This document shows, one piece after another, positions 9,309 through 19,688 of a stretch of DNA of 64,000 bases (position 1 is its first letter; each line of letters starts with the position of its first letter). Source of the stretch: a virus (lineage: Duplodnaviria; Caudoviricetes); IMG/VR virus record IMGVR_UViG_3300031760_000001, positions 160,001 to 224,000 of that record; one strand, 5' to 3'. The translations under genes and the position numbers were made by a program. The notes under the pieces were generated by a model. That model saw nothing but the letters and a program-made list of their open reading frames with translations, was not told the DNA's origin and did no database searches.

Positions 9309-11867
9309 TTATTCATACTCTTCCCAGCACATTGCTGATTTGTCATCAACATAGCTCTTGATAGCAGCAATGTCAGCACCAGTTACAGCACCAGCCTGAG
9401 CAGCAGCACTTGAACCAGCAGCTAAGTTAGCACTTGCACCAGTTGCACCACCAGCCTGTTCTGAAGGCGTATATGTAACACCTGCTGAAACATTGGTTAC
9501 AACAACGTCAGTAATTTTACCATTGGTTTCAACAACCTCAACAGTAGCAACAGCATCATCGTCTGAAGTTATGTCAGCGCCAAGGCCATTAATAGCATTA
9601 GTTACAGTTGACTGGGTAGCCAGTTTATTAGTTGAGTCGTCATAAGTACCATCAACAACAATGGTTGTATCCTGTGCACTTGCACTTGCGCCAATGAGAC
9701 CATCTGCTTCTTTGATACCCTTAATGGTAATTGAAGTCTGTCCAGTTGTTGTGGTTGTATCAACTGTTGCTTGAGCATATTCATCAACATCAAGGTCACT
9801 TACAACATTACTTACCTTATCATCAACATAATTCTTAATTGGGGTGATAGCATTACTATTCAAAAGACCCTCATTACCACTTGCAACACTAAGGTCTGGA
9901 CCAGTTGAACCTGAAGTAGCTGTATAAGTAACAGTTGATTGGGTTACTTCAACACCAACGGTCTGGTTGTTGTTAGTCTTTGTTCCAATAGTTGTGGTAA
10001 CATATGTACCGTCTTTACCTTTACTGATTGACTGAAGTGCGCTATTTGCATTGGTGATAGCGGTTTTCAAATCAGAAGCTGATACCTGATAATTAGCACC
10101 ATCAACAGTTGAAGTAACACTAACTTCTTTATTACCACTACCAAAGACAAGGTAATCATCGGTCAAAGTATCGCCAGCGGTTACCATTGTGTCGGTTTCA
10201 CGCTCGATGATTGTACAGTTAGAAGCGGTCAAAGTAACAGGGTCTGATGAAGTGGCTCCTTTATAAACAATCATGTCACCAGCCTCAACTGAGGTTGTAC
10301 CGATTGTGATTGGACCAGCTGCAAGATAGATATCACCAGAACGGATATCACCTGTACTAGTGTTAACTGGTGCGGTTGTAGTATTAATGTCACCATTGTA
10401 ACGCATACCACCAACCAATGAATCAACTCTACCATCCAATTCGTCGATAGCAGCCTGTACATCAGTAGCGGTCATACCAGAAGTTGTATTGGTATAACTT
10501 ACATCAGCAGCAGCACCAGTTGTGGCGACTTTTGCAAACTGTAATTCAGTGTCACCAGTACCCTGAGCAATTTTACCATCGGTTTCAGAAACACCCTTGA
10601 AGGTAAGTTTTGCACCAGTTGAACTTGTAGCAGCAGTATAATCTACGGCTTGTACGTCGTTTTGGGTATCAAGAGTCTCAACAACATTGTGAACAAATTC
10701 AGTTGTTGCAACATTGGTTGTGTCATCGCTTGTTGTCTGGGTTGTTGCAGTAATAACGCCAGCATTATCAACAGCTAAACCTGCACCACCAATAGCGTCA
10801 ATAGCGGTAGTTACTGTTGATTTGGTAGCAATCTTGTTGGTCTCAGCATTATAAGTACCGTCAAGGCTGATTGTGGTTGAACCACCGTCTTTAATTTTAC
10901 CATTCTCCTGCTGAACTGCATTGATTGTGATTGTTGAACCACTGATTGAAGCGGCACCTTTATCTTCGGCAACATCAAGAGCATTAATAGCCTCGGTTAC
11001 TGTTGATTTGGTAGCAATCTTGTTGTCGGTTGCATTATAAGTGCCATCAACGACAATGTTAGCAATCTTGTTTGAAACTATGGTTGTGTCATTGATTTTC
11101 ACATCGTCAACTTTACCAGCTTTAGTTGCTACATAGTCATCCAAATCAATCAAAGCTTCTTTAACGCTTTTATCATCTTTGATAATTTTTAATGAATCAG
11201 CGCTTAAATCAAGTGACATATCCTGTTCAAGACCGACTGAATTTGCAACAGCAGTGAAAGCTTCCTGGGTTACTTGTTCGTTTGCAATAACCTCATCAGC
11301 TAAACGAGCAACTTTCTTGTCGAGCTTATCGATATCACTATCGAGTGTATCGCCAGCCGCAATTGTATTGTCAGTAACAACTGTAGTCCAAGTCGATGAA
11401 AGGTGGTCAGTGTCATAAACAGCACCTGTTGCAGCACCTTTGTGTGTGTTGGTATGGATAGCGGTATCAAGAGCCTTGTCAGCGTTTACAAGGTTTGTAG
11501 CACTGGTTAAGTAGTTAGTTCCAGTGTAATCAAGGGTGTCATGGTTATCACCAGTTAAACCCATTTTAGTGTAAATCTGGTTGAAAACAGCCATCGTTTG
11601 TGATGCACTTGCAACATCACTGAAATTCAAAGTTTGGGTTGTAGCAGTACCTGCATTGTCATAATGGGTAATCGTTAATACATTGTTAGAAAATGTAACA
11701 TCGTTAGCACCTTTAATGACAAGTTTAGGTGTTTGACCACCAATCCAAAGTTCTCTAACGTCCACAAGATAAATAACTGCACCCTCAACAGCTTTCGCTG
11801 ATGTGATTTTGGTTGCAGATTCTGTAGAGTTGTTAAATTTGTAAAATTTAATACCAGTACTAGTCAT
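9309..11867 (-). CDS. Long tail fibre-like protein with internal repeats
   Basis: Thr/Ala/Asp-rich 852 aa. Three DGTYxxxxNKxATxSTVTxAI repeats, plus VATTEFV, AKVATTG and ATDVQAAIDEL fibre motifs. Confidence 0.7.
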   Translation of the reverse strand: MTSTGIKFYKFNNSTESATKITSAKAVEGAVIYLVDVRELWIGGQTPKLVIKGANDVTFSNNVLTITHYDNAGTATTQTLNFSDVASASQTMAVFNQIYTKMGLTGDNHDTLDYTGTNYLTSATNLVNADKALDTAIHTNTHKGAATGAVYDTDHLSSTWTTVVTDNTIAAGDTLDSDIDKLDKKVARLADEVIANEQVTQEAFTAVANSVGLEQDMSLDLSADSLKIIKDDKSVKEALIDLDDYVATKAGKVDDVKINDTTIVSNKIANIVVDGTYNATDNKIATKSTVTEAINALDVAEDKGAASISGSTITINAVQQENGKIKDGGSTTISLDGTYNAETNKIATKSTVTTAIDAIGGAGLAVDNAGVITATTQTTSDDTTNVATTEFVHNVVETLDTQNDVQAVDYTAATSSTGAKLTFKGVSETDGKIAQGTGDTELQFAKVATTGAAADVSYTNTTSGMTATDVQAAIDELDGRVDSLVGGMRYNGDINTTTAPVNTSTGDIRSGDIYLAAGPITIGTTSVEAGDMIVYKGATSSDPVTLTASNCTIIERETDTMVTAGDTLTDDYLVFGSGNKEVSVTSTVDGANYQVSASDLKTAITNANSALQSISKGKDGTYVTTTIGTKTNNNQTVGVEVTQSTVTYTATSGSTGPDLSVASGNEGLLNSNAITPIKNYVDDKVSNVVSDLDVDEYAQATVDTTTTTGQTSITIKGIKEADGLIGASASAQDTTIVVDGTYDDSTNKLATQSTVTNAINGLGADITSDDDAVATVEVVETNGKITDVVVTNVSAGVTYTPSEQAGGATGASANLAAGSSAAAQAGAVTGADIAAIKSYVDDKSAMCWEEYE

Positions 11868-11907
11868 AATTTTTAAATTTTGTTTTATTGTTTATTATTA
11901 TATTCAT

Positions 11908-12492
11908 TTATTCTTGGGAAAATTCTCCCCAAATAGTCATTATACATCCATTTTCATCCAAACCAATCGTATCACCGTCATATTTCACAACAAGCCTGTC
12001 ATGTTCATCAGTACCCAATCCATCACCAATTTTGATAACAAGCATACCGTCTTCATCTTTGTCAAATTCCTTTGAATTGTCTATGATATGTTCAATTATA
12101 GTTGCTGGTTGGACATCTTCCTTAAGTTGATTTACATTGTTGTTCAGTTTGATGATGCTTTTCCTTACACATTCAAGTTTGTTAATCAGATATCTGATTG
12201 ACAAACCATCCTTGTTGGTTCTCATGTAGTTGGTGCTGTCTGGGTGCACTTTTACACTGACAGTGTTTCCAACTTTCTGCACACCGTTTGTATATATCAA
12301 CTCATCCGTTGTTGACCCCTTGCGTTTTGGTCTATCAGGATTTGGGGTTGGTTTATCTGGCACTTGTGGAGTGTCACCGTCATCACAAGGATGCGGTGTT
12401 GGATATGTCTTCACAGAATCAGCTGGTTTGTTATCAGCAGGTTCTGGTGTAGTATGATTAGTTCTTTTTATTCTAGAGTCAGATTTATTCAT
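11908..12492 (-). CDS. Putative fibre-associated protein
   Basis: Short beta-repeat motifs (IKIGDGLGTDEHDRLVVKYDGDTIGLDENG) and a C-terminal WGEF; first gene of the fibre cluster. Confidence 0.45.
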   Translation of the reverse strand: MNKSDSRIKRTNHTTPEPADNKPADSVKTYPTPHPCDDGDTPQVPDKPTPNPDRPKRKGSTTDELIYTNGVQKVGNTVSVKVHPDSTNYMRTNKDGLSIRYLINKLECVRKSIIKLNNNVNQLKEDVQPATIIEHIIDNSKEFDKDEDGMLVIKIGDGLGTDEHDRLVVKYDGDTIGLDENGCIMTIWGEFSQE

Positions 12493-12568
12493 TACTAAAC
12501 ACGTTTATTACATATAAATATTAATAAAATAAAAAAATCCCCCATATTTTGGATGATTATTTAAAAAA

Positions 12569-13207
12569 TTAATCTACAATTTCAATAAACACGTTTTCCT
12601 GGTCGATTACGTGTGGGTTATTCTCTTTTGTCACCACTTTGACAACCATATGTTTTTTCTGGAACCACCTGCAAATGAAGAATTTTTTTGGCGGGTCTAC
12701 AGTTTCTTTCTTTGTTGATACAACAACGGTTTTTTCTGATTTGACCCTTGAATCGGCTGCAATCTGATTTGGGTATTGCAAATGGAGGTTTGTCTGAATC
12801 CATTCATCGCCCATCACAGTGTCCAGAACAAAATTCGGTTCCTTGAAAATCGTGTCAGATACATACACAGTGTCTTTTTTCTGGAATTCTGTTTCAAGCC
12901 ACATCAGTTGTTTTAATTGGTTATCCTTAATTTTCAATTCTTTCCTGGCTTCATTAAGTTTAATCATAATTGAGTCGCCGTAATATTCAAGTTGTTCTGC
13001 TTTCAATTTGAACATATTTGATTCAGCTTTCTGTTTATCCAACTGTAAAGCATATGCCTTGTTGTTCTCGACAGCCTGTTTCCATTTTTCCTCATAAGTG
13101 TTGTATCTGTTGATGAAGATTATGGCGGTAACCACAGCTGCCGCCAATAAACACAACCAGATTAATCTCTCTTTTGTGAAAATCTTTCCTAAAAACTTTT
13201 TAATCAT
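12569..13207 (-). CDS. Membrane-anchored coiled-coil protein (i-spanin/Rz-like; DUF6549-type)
   Basis: N-terminal TM helix LIWLCLLAAAVVTAIIFI, a coiled coil, DTVYVSDT, and C-terminal KKFFICRWFQKK...NPH. Confidence 0.5.
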   Translation of the reverse strand: MIKKFLGKIFTKERLIWLCLLAAAVVTAIIFINRYNTYEEKWKQAVENNKAYALQLDKQKAESNMFKLKAEQLEYYGDSIMIKLNEARKELKIKDNQLKQLMWLETEFQKKDTVYVSDTIFKEPNFVLDTVMGDEWIQTNLHLQYPNQIAADSRVKSEKTVVVSTKKETVDPPKKFFICRWFQKKHMVVKVVTKENNPHVIDQENVFIEIVD

Positions 13208-13260
13208 AATTTCTTATATTTTATATATTATAATCATTAAATAAATACAATTTAAATAAA

Positions 13261-13284
13261 AAAGCGGACAAATATTGCCCGCTT
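13261..13284 (-). terminator. Probable Rho-independent terminator
   Basis: aagcggacaa-atat-tgcccgctt imperfect hairpin with an A tract on the left. Confidence 0.55.
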
Positions 13285-13306
13285 ATGAATATTCTTTATT
13301 TTACGT

Positions 13307-15088
13307 TTATTCACTCACAACCGTGATTGTAACACTTACAACTGTGTTGTCGAATTTAATCTTGAATACCTGTGTTGGGTCAGCCTGGTAAGCTGCGACT
13401 ATTGCGGTAACCAATGAAACTGGTTGGGTGCAAGGAACGCCGATTTCCTTGTAATTACTACCTTTGTTGTCACCCTCATCATCCCAATCATAGTATTTGT
13501 ATTCAAACCTGATTGGTTCCACTTTGTTTGTACGGTACAAACCACCGAGCAAACGAGCGAAATCGTTCATAATATTTCTGCCACCTTCTCCGATGTCCGC
13601 AATGTTGATTGTATAGTTGATTAAATCTTCACCAAATTCAAATTCACCTTTGTATATGTATTCTGGGTCATATTGGTAAGCATAAGCCTCTTCAAATTTG
13701 GTTTGTACTGGTTTATGGTAATTGGTAACCATAACAGCTAATTCTTCAACCTCCCTTTCAAGGTTTGCAACTCTCTCGGTAAGTGATTCAAGTGTGCTGT
13801 TATCATTAATTGGTGTTACAATACCGTTTTTAATATAACACAATTCATCGGTTGATTTCAATATGAATGATGAATATTCATCAATTGAGTATTTCAACCA
13901 ATTCTCACCATCCCATTCATTAATGAAAGGTTTTGTTATGAATGAAGCGTCACCCTTGAATGAATTGTTGTTTTCTGTGTCATAGTCAAGGTTTGCGGTA
14001 ATCCACATCTTGCTTTTACCGTTTGCCGAACGCATGACACTTACAGGGTAAATTGTACCAAGAATCTTATCAGCACTGACAGCTTCAGCACCATCAATTT
14101 CCTTAACAAGTCTGATTGAACTGTATATTGCGTTGTCGATTAATGTCTGGTAAACCTGACCGCTTCTTGGTCCAGTTTTCTGGAACTGTTTTACCCAAGC
14201 CTGTGTATCATGCTCAGTCAAAGGTTTTCCCATTGTGCTGGTATTACACCAGAAACTAGCCTTTTCATCCCTGAAACTGACTGATTTTTCATCATCGTCA
14301 AATACATAACCACAGAATTCAAGACCAAAATTAGGTGAACCTTTCAATTCAACGCCAGCTTTCTGTCCAAGCCATTTACTTGGCATTGGTTTGTTATGGT
14401 CTCTGTAAACTGGTTTCTCGAAATAGTTCAATATATCGCCCCAGTCATATTTTGAAGCGATTTTCCAACCATTGCCCTCTTCTTCCAAAGCAGTCATTAC
14501 ATCGAAAATACCGTCAAAATTGTAGAATCTGCCGATATTGTCAATTGTTTCGTAAGTAATGTATCTATCACCAATGACAGCCTCTTCTGGAAGTTCATCA
14601 ACAACATCGTTGACTGGTTTTACCATACCGCTTCTCTGTGAATTGGCGATTGACAAAGGAGCCTCCAATGAACCGTCACCTGTCAAAGTGTTGTCGGTGT
14701 AAATACAATAGTCTTTAAGTAACTCTGCAACATCATTCAATGTAAGGAATCCCTCAACTTTAAGTGGTTCATGGTCACAGTCGTTGATACAAACTGTCAT
14801 AATGCCAGTTTCCTGGTCATAGTCAAAACTGAGACTTTCAATGTAATCATTGAAAATATTGTCACTTTCAATTGTAGAACCATTTACAAGATTGATAACC
14901 AATCTTTTTCCATCCTCAGAAACACTTATTGAATCTATATCACGTCCTTCCAAGACAAAAAAGTTGCTGTCAACTTCATCACCAGTCAGACTGTCGAATT
15001 TAGTTACATCAACATCTTCGAAATAATGGTAATTCTCTGGCAATTTGTAATATGTGATTTTTTGATATTTGTCACTGTTTGCGCTCAT
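13307..15088 (-). CDS. Virion protein with FISUMP (Fib_succ_major)-like domain
   Basis: Motifs GRFYNF, GWKIASKYDW, AGVELK, ASFWCNT, SSIRLVKE and MWITANLDY; TLTGDGS..APL fibre-type motif. Confidence 0.55.
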   Translation of the reverse strand: MSANSDKYQKITYYKLPENYHYFEDVDVTKFDSLTGDEVDSNFFVLEGRDIDSISVSEDGKRLVINLVNGSTIESDNIFNDYIESLSFDYDQETGIMTVCINDCDHEPLKVEGFLTLNDVAELLKDYCIYTDNTLTGDGSLEAPLSIANSQRSGMVKPVNDVVDELPEEAVIGDRYITYETIDNIGRFYNFDGIFDVMTALEEEGNGWKIASKYDWGDILNYFEKPVYRDHNKPMPSKWLGQKAGVELKGSPNFGLEFCGYVFDDDEKSVSFRDEKASFWCNTSTMGKPLTEHDTQAWVKQFQKTGPRSGQVYQTLIDNAIYSSIRLVKEIDGAEAVSADKILGTIYPVSVMRSANGKSKMWITANLDYDTENNNSFKGDASFITKPFINEWDGENWLKYSIDEYSSFILKSTDELCYIKNGIVTPINDNSTLESLTERVANLEREVEELAVMVTNYHKPVQTKFEEAYAYQYDPEYIYKGEFEFGEDLINYTINIADIGEGGRNIMNDFARLLGGLYRTNKVEPIRFEYKYYDWDDEGDNKGSNYKEIGVPCTQPVSLVTAIVAAYQADPTQVFKIKFDNTVVSVTITVVSE

Positions 15089-15128
15089 TTTATTAATTTG
15101 GTATTATTCTTTATTATTATATAAATAT

Positions 15129-16763
15129 TTATTTCTTCAAAATAAGAGACCGTTCAAAACGGGTATTCGCTAAAATTTTTGTAAAATCCTGGTTACAAGA
15201 ATAGAATTTAAATGATTTGATATATCCAGTGAAACTTCCACCGAATTCCTTTTCCAGGAAAAGAACATATTCTGGCAAATCCTTGTAGTTCTCATATACA
15301 ACATCAGCAAGACCTTGTGTACCACCTCCAAGTGATATGTTGTAAGGAACACCTTCTTGTTTTTCATATATGTCATTTAAAGCTCTTAAGTTAATCATTG
15401 GTAGTTCCTTCGAATACAGAACCAGTTTACCGTTTACATATATTACAAGTCTCATATAGTCATTTGACCTGATATATCCGAAATCTGTTATTCCGTATTT
15501 TACAACAGGCAGAATCCTCACGTCAATCGTGCTCCATTCATCATAAGGTACCAGCCCTGGAAATGACCATTCGGTTTCAATTGAATATTTGTCCTCATTT
15601 GAACAATCTTTTATCATATACTTGTATCCAACTGAGCCGTCTGGTTTAACCTGGAATGATATTGCGTTGTTGTACAAATCACCTAAGATGTTGTAATCAG
15701 CGTTTGATTCCTGCTGGAGTTCCTTGATTGTCCTGGCTGTATATCCACCTTTTGCTCTGTTCATTATAATGAAATAGTTTTCAGTTGAAAGATGTTTCTG
15801 CATTTCAATAACCTCTGGGTCGTCGAAGTGACCCATAGTTGCCTTGTATCCCTCTTTGGTACGGTTATATGTAATGAATTTGTTGTTGGTTTCCAAAACT
15901 TCAATCTGTTCATTGAGTGATATACCGCTTGCGGTTTCGGTTTCCGTGTTGTCTTTCGGGTCAACATAATATTTCCACCATTTGTTTTCAGCCCTTGTAC
16001 CCATGTAGAAGAATGTTCCTGCGTTATCTGGGTAAACATCGTTAAGGGTTGGCAAAGGGAAATCGTTAAGATAACCGTCGCTGTTGTAATTCTGTCCGAA
16101 ATATGATTTCTCAATGTCACTGTCACCGTCCCAACCGTCGCTGTTATATTCAATAACTGAATATTTCTCCTTTTTCATGTGATAGTCACTTTTGAACGGT
16201 TCTGGTTTCAATGTAAATTCAAGACAAATACCATCACCAAGTTCTGTCGGGAGAATATTGTAGTTACATCCGTTTCCTGTTTTGAAGAATCCCTGAAAAA
16301 AGCCGCCATCCAGTTTTGCAACTCTCATATCATCCTCTTTCACGAAACTGGAATCATATCGGTATATCTTGTTGTTACCGACAGCCTTGTTCAAATGGAG
16401 TCTTAAATCATCAGCATCCAATACAAGTTTGCTGTTGGTATACAACTCATTGAATTCCTCTTCGGTTATGGTGTCTTTATCATAAGTAATTAAACCGTTG
16501 TCAACACCAGTTAAACCTATATTGTTAAGTTCCACACCGTTGTTGACTGCTTCATCCCACACATAACCTGGCAACGACACCAGTTCAGAATCACCTATAC
16601 ATTCATCGAATGTTGTGTCTATATATGCAGCAAGACAATCTTCCTGTAAACCGTCCTTTATATCGCCACCAGCCTGGGATTCATACAAATGCATATCCCA
16701 ATAGTCAGACTTGGAAGTCTTTAATTTGAATACTGGTCTGTTATGGTTGAAAATATTGCCCAT
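15129..16763 (-). CDS. Putative virion structural protein, concanavalin/LamG-like beta-sandwich
   Basis: RLVIYVNGKLV, NISLGGG and FTGYIKSFKFY are LamG-type strands; TATTTATA lies upstream. Confidence 0.5.
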   Translation of the reverse strand: MGNIFNHNRPVFKLKTSKSDYWDMHLYESQAGGDIKDGLQEDCLAAYIDTTFDECIGDSELVSLPGYVWDEAVNNGVELNNIGLTGVDNGLITYDKDTITEEEFNELYTNSKLVLDADDLRLHLNKAVGNNKIYRYDSSFVKEDDMRVAKLDGGFFQGFFKTGNGCNYNILPTELGDGICLEFTLKPEPFKSDYHMKKEKYSVIEYNSDGWDGDSDIEKSYFGQNYNSDGYLNDFPLPTLNDVYPDNAGTFFYMGTRAENKWWKYYVDPKDNTETETASGISLNEQIEVLETNNKFITYNRTKEGYKATMGHFDDPEVIEMQKHLSTENYFIIMNRAKGGYTARTIKELQQESNADYNILGDLYNNAISFQVKPDGSVGYKYMIKDCSNEDKYSIETEWSFPGLVPYDEWSTIDVRILPVVKYGITDFGYIRSNDYMRLVIYVNGKLVLYSKELPMINLRALNDIYEKQEGVPYNISLGGGTQGLADVVYENYKDLPEYVLFLEKEFGGSFTGYIKSFKFYSCNQDFTKILANTRFERSLILKK

Positions 16764-16780
16764 TATTTTTAAATGTATTA

Positions 16781-16800
16781 TATTTATAAATATATAAATA
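16781..16800. promoter_or_regulatory. Overlapping divergent TATTTATA elements
   Basis: TATTTATA on + at 16781-16788 and on - at 16785-16792 and 16793-16800, between divergent genes. Confidence 0.6.
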
Positions 16801-16807
16801 TGCTAAA

Positions 16808-17053
16808 ATGAAAAGTAAAATAATTAAACTCAGTGAAGCACAGTATAAACAGCTGATAAATGAAGACTATCCATTTTCATATCTCGGAAATGAATCTTCA
16901 GATACAAATCATGCTAGTGAGGTAGGTGCTAATGTGCCGTATGATTCACCTGATATTGAACCTGAGCCAACTGATGCTGACAAAATCAGCCACACATTAA
17001 GTAATAACTCCTGGTGGAACAGACACTATGGATTCAACGGATATTGTCGATAA
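16808..17053 (+). CDS. Small tagged protein (putative internal head protein)
   Basis: N-terminus MKSKIIKLSEAQYKQLINE. Confidence 0.6.
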   Translation: MKSKIIKLSEAQYKQLINEDYPFSYLGNESSDTNHASEVGANVPYDSPDIEPEPTDADKISHTLSNNSWWNRHYGFNGYCR

Positions 17054-17056
17054 ACA

Positions 17057-18333
17057 TGATACATTTTATAACAGAGGGTGGTAACGGAAACAAAGAATTA
17101 AAGACTCACCGCTGGTTTCTTCCAGACGGTGTACGCCACCATTTGGAAAAAGTCAGGGATGACAATAAAAAGGAAGAATTATCTAAAAACCATACCACAA
17201 AGGAGGCTTGGGACCACTTGGAGTTTATTCTTAACAGTGAGAAAGGTATCGCTTATAACGAAATGAAACGTATCAAAAACTGGTTTGACAAAAATTACAA
17301 CGCCACCAAAACAAAACAATATGAATTGTATGGTGGAAACATAATGAAGACTTGGGTTGAAAACCAGTTGAACAGCGCCACCCTGTATGTGAAAAAACAC
17401 AAGGAGGCACAACGTGCTATGGGTAAGGAAAACGCTTTCATAAAACCGCATGAAGCTGACAGGCAGAACACAGTATCAAAAGTTGATTCAAAAGTGCCTA
17501 CTTATAATCCAGCTACATTGAACAAACAAAACCGTCTTAAAGAATTATCAGATTTACATGAAAATAAGGTTATTGTTCTGGATGAATCACAGAGAATGAC
17601 CTTAAAGGAAGTGTTGAGCAATAAAATCAGAAGTGATTTTTTCCAGGAATTGGACACTTATGCTTCTGTTGAGGATTACGGTGATTGTTTCAAACTTTGC
17701 AGACAATATCTAGATTATGCGATAGGAAGAGGTTCATCCAGGGCGGTGTTTCAATTGGATGATGAAAAAGTCCTTAAATTAGCTATGAGTGAACAGGGTA
17801 TAGCTCAAAATAAGGCTGAAATAGACGCTTATCGAAAAACCACAAAATATAAAGACCTGTTCCCACGGATATTTAGCGTTGGCTATAATAACACTTATTT
17901 TATTACGGAGTATGTTTTACCATTAAATATATTATCTGGTTCACCACAGGGTGATAACTATGTTGATGATATATATAACTGTTTAGGTGTTTCAGAAAAT
18001 GAATATATGAAATTAACAGAAATCATTAAAAATAATACATTTGATAATAATGGCACTCTTAAAATGGAAGACCTTAAGGTAATGCCATTTGAAGGTACTA
18101 ACATGAGTGTATATGATTTCTTGAATATGAAAATGAAAGAAAATGCAAATTTTAATTTACTAATGCAATATCTACTTGATAATCCTAATTTGGCAGGTGA
18201 ATCATTCAAACAGCCAAATATGGGAATGACTAAGAGAAACGGAAAGGCCTGGATAGTTATTTTGGATAACGGATGGGACGGTGACGTTGCTCAGTTATAC
18301 AATTATCCTAATTTCGGTAAATTAAATGTTTAA
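17057..18333 (+). CDS. Two-domain tagged protein with C-terminal protein-kinase-like domain
   Basis: Likely start MIHFITE at 17057. Internal tag LHENKVIVLDESQRMTLKE, then Gly loop GRGSSRAVF, VLKLA, helix C GIAQNKAE and ILDNG. Confidence 0.65.
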
Positions 18334-18376
18334 ATAAACTATTTATTATAATAATAAGATATTAATACTATATAAA

Positions 18377-18751
18377 ATGAGAAGTTGTCTTGAAATTTAT
18401 TCAATGGATGCGCGTCACGTAATGGAAACACGCAGTGACTATACAAGAGTTAACCAATATTCAGAAACACACCCAGATGCTCTTGCTACTGGTGACAGAC
18501 AAGGTAAGGGTACTGGTCATGCAGGACATGGACACTGGTTGCCTCATTGCACATCACAAATCGGGGTTTTTGATTATTCAAACTTTGATACAGCAATAAC
18601 AAGCCATGCTGGTAACGATATGGATAATGAAGCCAGAAATATAGCTTTGACTAGAAGTTTGTACGGTCCTACAAATGCTTATAACCAGGGTGCAAATGCT
18701 GTTGACACCTCAATGAATGTGCTTGAAGGTCAGTTTGTTTTAATTGATTAA
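18377..18751 (+). CDS. Hypothetical protein (probably late)
   Basis: 124-aa ORF with TATTTATT upstream at 18340-18347. Confidence 0.6.
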   Translation: MRSCLEIYSMDARHVMETRSDYTRVNQYSETHPDALATGDRQGKGTGHAGHGHWLPHCTSQIGVFDYSNFDTAITSHAGNDMDNEARNIALTRSLYGPTNAYNQGANAVDTSMNVLEGQFVLID

Positions 18752-18764
18752 AAAATGAATTAAT

Positions 18765-19688
18765 ATGGTCTTCGGCGGGTTGTTGGAACAGATATTGCTT
18801 AACGAATCAGCTTCTGTTGAGAATGTTGTAAAGGCTATGGATAACCATTCCAAGGTCATTATCAACTATCATAGTAACGGTGATGACAAGAATACTGGAA
18901 CACGTGTTATTGAGCCGATTACATATGGTCTGACAAAGGCTGGTAATCCTGTTATACGTGCATATCAACCATACGGTGACACAACCACCAGGACTCCTGG
19001 ATGGAAAATGTTCAGACTGGACAGGATTTCGTATTGGGAAGAGACAAAGGAAAAATTCTACAACGTTCCAAGTGTACCAGGACAAGAAGCAAACCTTGAC
19101 GGTGACGAAACAATGGCAACAGTCATCAAGTCATTCAGAAGCACAATGGGTAATGATGCGACAAACGGCGTGAATGTTGGTCCAAAGACAAAGGAGAAAG
19201 TGTATGCCAGAACATCAGGTGATGATACAGTCCAACTTGGAGCTCGAAACCTTAAAAGCCAGCAAAAGGGTATCAAGGCTGACATTGACAATAACAGGAA
19301 AGCCAATTCAAGTTTCAATATGTATACTAGCGGTACACAGGATGAAAAAGGTCCAAGAATCCCAGGTCAGAGTTACAAACCGAAAACAAACGGTTCAACT
19401 GAAGACGTTGACCCGAAAGAACTGGAAAGAGCAAGGGCACAGGTCAAATATGACACACCAGACGTTGACAACAAACTCAGTGACAAATACTGGAGTGACT
19501 ATGAACGCACATTAAGTCAGGAGGAACAAGACCAGATTGATATGGATATGAGAGATATGAATCGTCCAGACAGGAATATGAAGAGACGTGACGATAGATG
19601 GCAGTCCTCAACCGACAGTGGTTTCAAAAACAGGAAAGATTCAGGAAACAGAATATTATATAACATGGATAAAGAAAATAACAAATAA
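18765..19688 (+). CDS. WYL-domain protein with short leader ending LLNE
   Basis: VIINY...TRVIEPITYG...VIRAY...WKMFRLDRISYWE is the WYL pattern; long disordered C-terminal part. Confidence 0.75.
   Translation: MVFGGLLEQILLNESASVENVVKAMDNHSKVIINYHSNGDDKNTGTRVIEPITYGLTKAGNPVIRAYQPYGDTTTRTPGWKMFRLDRISYWEETKEKFYNVPSVPGQEANLDGDETMATVIKSFRSTMGNDATNGVNVGPKTKEKVYARTSGDDTVQLGARNLKSQQKGIKADIDNNRKANSSFNMYTSGTQDEKGPRIPGQSYKPKTNGSTEDVDPKELERARAQVKYDTPDVDNKLSDKYWSDYERTLSQEEQDQIDMDMRDMNRPDRNMKRRDDRWQSSTDSGFKNRKDSGNRILYNMDKENNK

Noticed and set aside
9309-15088. Diversity-generating retroelement targeting fibre or FISUMP genes
   Set aside because: No reverse transcriptase and no adenine-specific TR/VR repeat pair were seen in this window.
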